From: Laetmonice hystrix
Lineage: Eukaryota
DNA: 64,000 nt
Assembly: GCA_965235115.1 (NCBI GenBank)
Contig: OZ249436.1
Span: forward strand, 994,001 to 1,058,000
Direction: 5' to 3'
Positions within the stretch are counted from its first letter, which is position 1. Every line of letters begins with the position of its first letter. Of the stretch, positions 60,213-64,000 are shown in pieces. The position numbers and the translations under genes were made by a program. The notes below the pieces were generated by a model. The model saw only the letters and a list, made by a program, of their open reading frames with translations, did not search any database and was not told the DNA's origin.

Positions 60213-61259
60213 GACTGTAGTAAAATATTCTGAGGGAATTGTTGCAAGCTGAAGGCTTAACGAAGATTGTTTCCAAGTAATGCTGGTGCCCGTAATATAT
60301 GGTGGGAAAGAATCAGTGTGGAGGTGAGTGTTGATGGCAAGAGGCGGTCGTGAGGTGTGATAAAGGGCGCTCACTCTGAGCTAGTCGCTCAGTTGACACC
60401 TGACAAATGTGTTAGACGCTGTAGCCCTGACAGCATGGCCGCCTATTTTCGAATTTGGCGTGAAGTCATTAGAAGCCGGTAGCAGTTCTCGACCAATCGG
60501 ATAATTACATCACTGTCTTTTTATCTCATGGCGTTAATTCGTTCAGCACCACGTCTTGTGACTTCATTCTACTTAGTAACTCCCTCCGTAAGAGGTCGCC
60601 ACCGTGTTCATAGTGAGCCAAATTCCGCGACCACCGTTTTAGTTTACGCCCCTTCCGATAGAGGACGCCAAAGTACCTGACCATGCCGTGCTCGATCAAC
60701 TCAGCGCATTACACCCGCCTAAAGGCTATCAGCTCTGTCTTCCCACGAATGTGTTATATTTCATTCATTGTCTTAACCTGGCTTTTCATTAGGATTATAA
60801 TATGATATAGATTCAATATCGTATGGATACTGTTGAATTTGTGAACATTATTAATGTGTTCGTGTCTATAGGCCGCCTGCAAAGAGAAAAGCCAGGCAAC
60901 AATGCGTGGCAAAGCACTAGAAACTGTGCAAGAATGGACAGGGGACACATAGAGGGAGGCATGAATATAGAAATTGATACGAAGTAGGTTACTTTGTACT
61001 ATCTTCTTTTCAAAGTATTTAATTATATCGGAGTACAGGGATCTTGCAATATAACTAGCATGCCATTTAATGTACTGTTATAGAGGCACGATATGAATTT
61101 TTTTTTAATCATTCTCGGACGACTTCGTTCTGTTTCCACATGGATTACAAAGGATGGTTCATTGGGGAAACTAAAAGGGAGCTGAAAAGAGTCATGAAAG
61201 ACAGGAGTCAAATTATATCACTCTAAGATATTTGCTATCGCCTATTTAGCAATCTTCGA

Positions 61260-61294
61260 TTCTTTTGAGACAGAGTGTGGCCCTGACAAGGGCC
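61260..61294 (-). terminator. Histone-type stem-loop (61279-61294) plus HDE-like element, copy 6
   Basis: Identical hairpin and CAAAAGAA. Confidence 0.75.
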
Positions 61295-61324
61295 GTGTAG
61301 GTTTGTGTGAGAGAATTGTTCTCT

Positions 61325-61645
61325 TCACTGGTGCTGGTCGTCATCGTCCTCGTATACCTCCTCCCAGTCGACCTGAAACTCCTCCATGAGGCGGTCCTCC
61401 ATATCGTCCAGGAGGTCTGCACGGCTGTTGGCGTACTCCCAGAACATGTTCCTCACTCCCTCCAGGGTGACCAGACGGAGGCGGCTGTGGTAGCGGAAGG
61501 AGCGGCGGTTCTTGCGGACGGCACGGTCGTGTTTGGTCCTCATTTCCTTGATACGGTTGTTAAGGAGATTGACTTGCTGACAGGCCACCTTGAACTTGCG
61601 GTCCATCTGGCGCATCTCTGAGATGAGTCTTTGAACTGGAGCCAT
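61325..61645 (-). CDS. 106-aa protein, copy 6
   Basis: MAPVQRLISEM...VYEDDDDQHQ, intact ORF. Confidence 0.85.
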   Translation of the reverse strand: MAPVQRLISEMRQMDRKFKVACQQVNLLNNRIKEMRTKHDRAVRKNRRSFRYHSRLRLVTLEGVRNMFWEYANSRADLLDDMEDRLMEEFQVDWEEVYEDDDDQHQ

Positions 61646-64000
61646 GACTGTAGTAAAATATTCTGAGGGAATTGTTGCAAGCTGAAGGCTTAACGATGAT
61701 TGTTTCCAAGTAATGCTGGTGCCCGTAATATATGGTGGGAAAGAATCACTGTGTAGGTGAGTGTTGATGGCAAGAGGCGGTCGTGAGGTGCGATAAAGGG
61801 TGCTCACTCTGAGCTAGTCGCTCAGTTGACACCTGACAAATATGTGTCAGACGCTACATAGCCCTGACAGCATGGCCGCTTTTTTTCGAATTTGGCGTGA
61901 AGTCATTAGAAGCCGGTAGCAGTTCTCGCCCAATCGGATAATTACATCACTGTCTTTTTTTTATCTCATGGCGTTAATTCGTTCAGCCCCACGTCTTGTG
62001 ACTTCATTCTACTTAGTAACTCCCTCCGTAAGAGGTCGCCACCGTGGTCATAGTGAGCCAAATTCCGCGACCACCGTTTTAGTTTATGCCCCTTCCGATA
62101 GAGGGCGCCAAAGTACCTGACCATGCCGTGCTCGATCAACTCAGCGCATTACACCCGCCTGAAAGCTCAGCTCTGTCTTCCCACGAATGTGTTATATTTC
62201 ATTCATTGTCTTAACCTGGCTTTTCATTAGGATTATAATATGATATAGATTCAATATCGTATGGATACTGTTGAATTTGTTTAAGATTTTTCAAAAAGAA
62301 TTTTCAACCTGCCGTCCATTCTGTTCAAGAATAGAAAAGGGGACGGGCCCTAGAGTGATCAAGCATGTGAGGGGGGCGGGCCCTAGAGTGGTCATACTTT
62401 GTATTCTATTGTTATTGACAAAACCTAGCAATTCAAGGTACACTTTTCTGGGGGGAGTCACTGAGTTGAAGTTTTTTTTTTGTCCAATATAAACAATATT
62501 CTTGTGTTTCTAGGGAAAGATTCGCTATTTACTAAAACATGTTCTAATCACCCCTGACCCCTAGAATGTAATCACCCCTGACCCCTAGAATGTAATCACC
62601 CCTGACCCCTAGAATGTAATCACCCCTGACCCCTAGAATGTAATCACCCCTGACCCCTAGAATGTAATCACTCCTGACCCCTAGAATGTACACAATTTTA
62701 ACCGTGAAAACAAGAATGCTCGTTTGTTGAACAACATCACACAATGGTAATTCCTGTGGCGTCTGGTCTGAGATAAATTTGTAAACATGTAGGTAGCTAT
62801 ATCGGAAATAGTTTGATTTTTTCTAACATAAGATGCAATTGGTTCCTTTTAATCAGCCGAACATGACTGAAGAAGATATATTCGACCGACTCGAATATTC
62901 GGCCGACTGTGAACAACTGAGTGCGCTGCCCTAGCACTAGATCTACGATCTACGTTGCAGTTTTAAAGAGGGGGGGGGGGGTCGTACTTTTGAAAGGGGA
63001 TTTTACGAATTTAACACCGGCCCGAGGCCACATGCAGCCAAAGGGCCAGGCAGAGGTCATGAAGAGCATATTTTTATTTAAAAAAGGCAGGTTTCCTTCG
63101 TGTCAGCTCCCCCCTCCCCGCTAAATACGGATCTAATATTGGCATTTTTATCGAACAAGTCGCGAAACTACACACCACACATTACATAACTGGTCAAAAT
63201 GTGTCCTTGAACGGGCGAGCGTCTCGACACGGGATGTCACGAAAATAGAACCAAGATCGAGGCGTTTGAACTTTGACATGGACTGGTTCGTCTGGACGCA
63301 TTCTGTCACGTGGCACGCAACTATATAAAGATTGCCATTTCGAGAATACGGTCAGTCAGCAAGTTGAAAAGGCCCCGCGAACATTGAAAGATCACGTTGT
63401 CAGGAATGAGAGGTAAGATTGTTTCGGAACGTTGCCTTTATAATGTATGGATAGAAACATGCGGGACAAGACACGTGCATGCATGTGCTCTAGTCCCGTC
63501 TAGGGCATTTGCCCCCCAGACATCCGCCCCAAGACATTTTCCCCCGGATTTTTGACCCCCGGACATTTCCTCCCGTAGGACTTCTGCCCCCTAGGAAATC
63601 TGCCCCCCAGACTTCCACCCACCCCCCACCCCCGGACATTAACCCCCGTAGGACTTCTGCTCCCCTAGGACACCTAACCCTATAACCCTAACACTAACAC
63701 TAGGGGGCATATGTCCTAGGAGGGGGGGGGGCAAAAGTTCTACGGGGCTAATGTCCGGGGGGGGGCGAATATCTGGGGGGAGGGCAGATGTCCTAGGGGG
63801 CAGAAGTCCGGGGGCTGATGTCCTAGGGGGCAGATGTCCTAGGGGACAGAAGTCCGGGGGCAGATGTCCAGTAGGAAGTGTCCTGATACCGTATAGAGCC
63901 CAACCCCTGGATATGTTCCATAAACATGTATCCCTAGTATGTTAATGTATCTATATTATCCATTATATAAACATGTATCCATAGTATGTTAATGTATCTA

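Larger units (their letters stand above)
59580..64000. repeat. Segmental duplication unit 3 (runs off right edge)
   Basis: 61300-64000 is near-identical to 52130-54830. Confidence 0.85.

Overview
Invertebrate metazoan genomic DNA with spliceosomal GT-AG introns; nothing here looks prokaryotic. (1) 1-26.5 kb, minus strand: the 5' part of a very large mosaic gene. I traced 24 phase-compatible exons by hand (~1600 aa): signal peptide, apextrin-C-like, FTP/F-lectin-like, FA58C, a second FTP-like domain split by a kringle, SUEL-like, 2x CUB, C-type lectin and LDLa repeats. It ends in a motif typical of GRL101-like LRR-GPCRs and continues off the left edge. Its introns are packed with minisatellites, nine of which are amplified copies of the gene's own splice junctions. 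(2) ~35 kb: a single-coding-exon 4-TM protein with a PPxY motif whose C-terminus and stop codon seed a 4.2-kb G-rich array. (3) 39.7-64 kb: three tandem segmental-duplication units (two of ~10 kb, the third truncated by the window edge) carrying six copies of an intronless 106-aa non-histone gene, one disrupted by a Sola2-like foldback transposon. Main discovery: all six copies have, 30 nt after the stop, a replication-dependent-histone-type 3' stem-loop (GGCCCT-TGTC-AGGGCC-ACAC) followed by a purine-rich HDE-like element. This suggests a non-histone gene family that uses SLBP/U7 histone mRNA processing.
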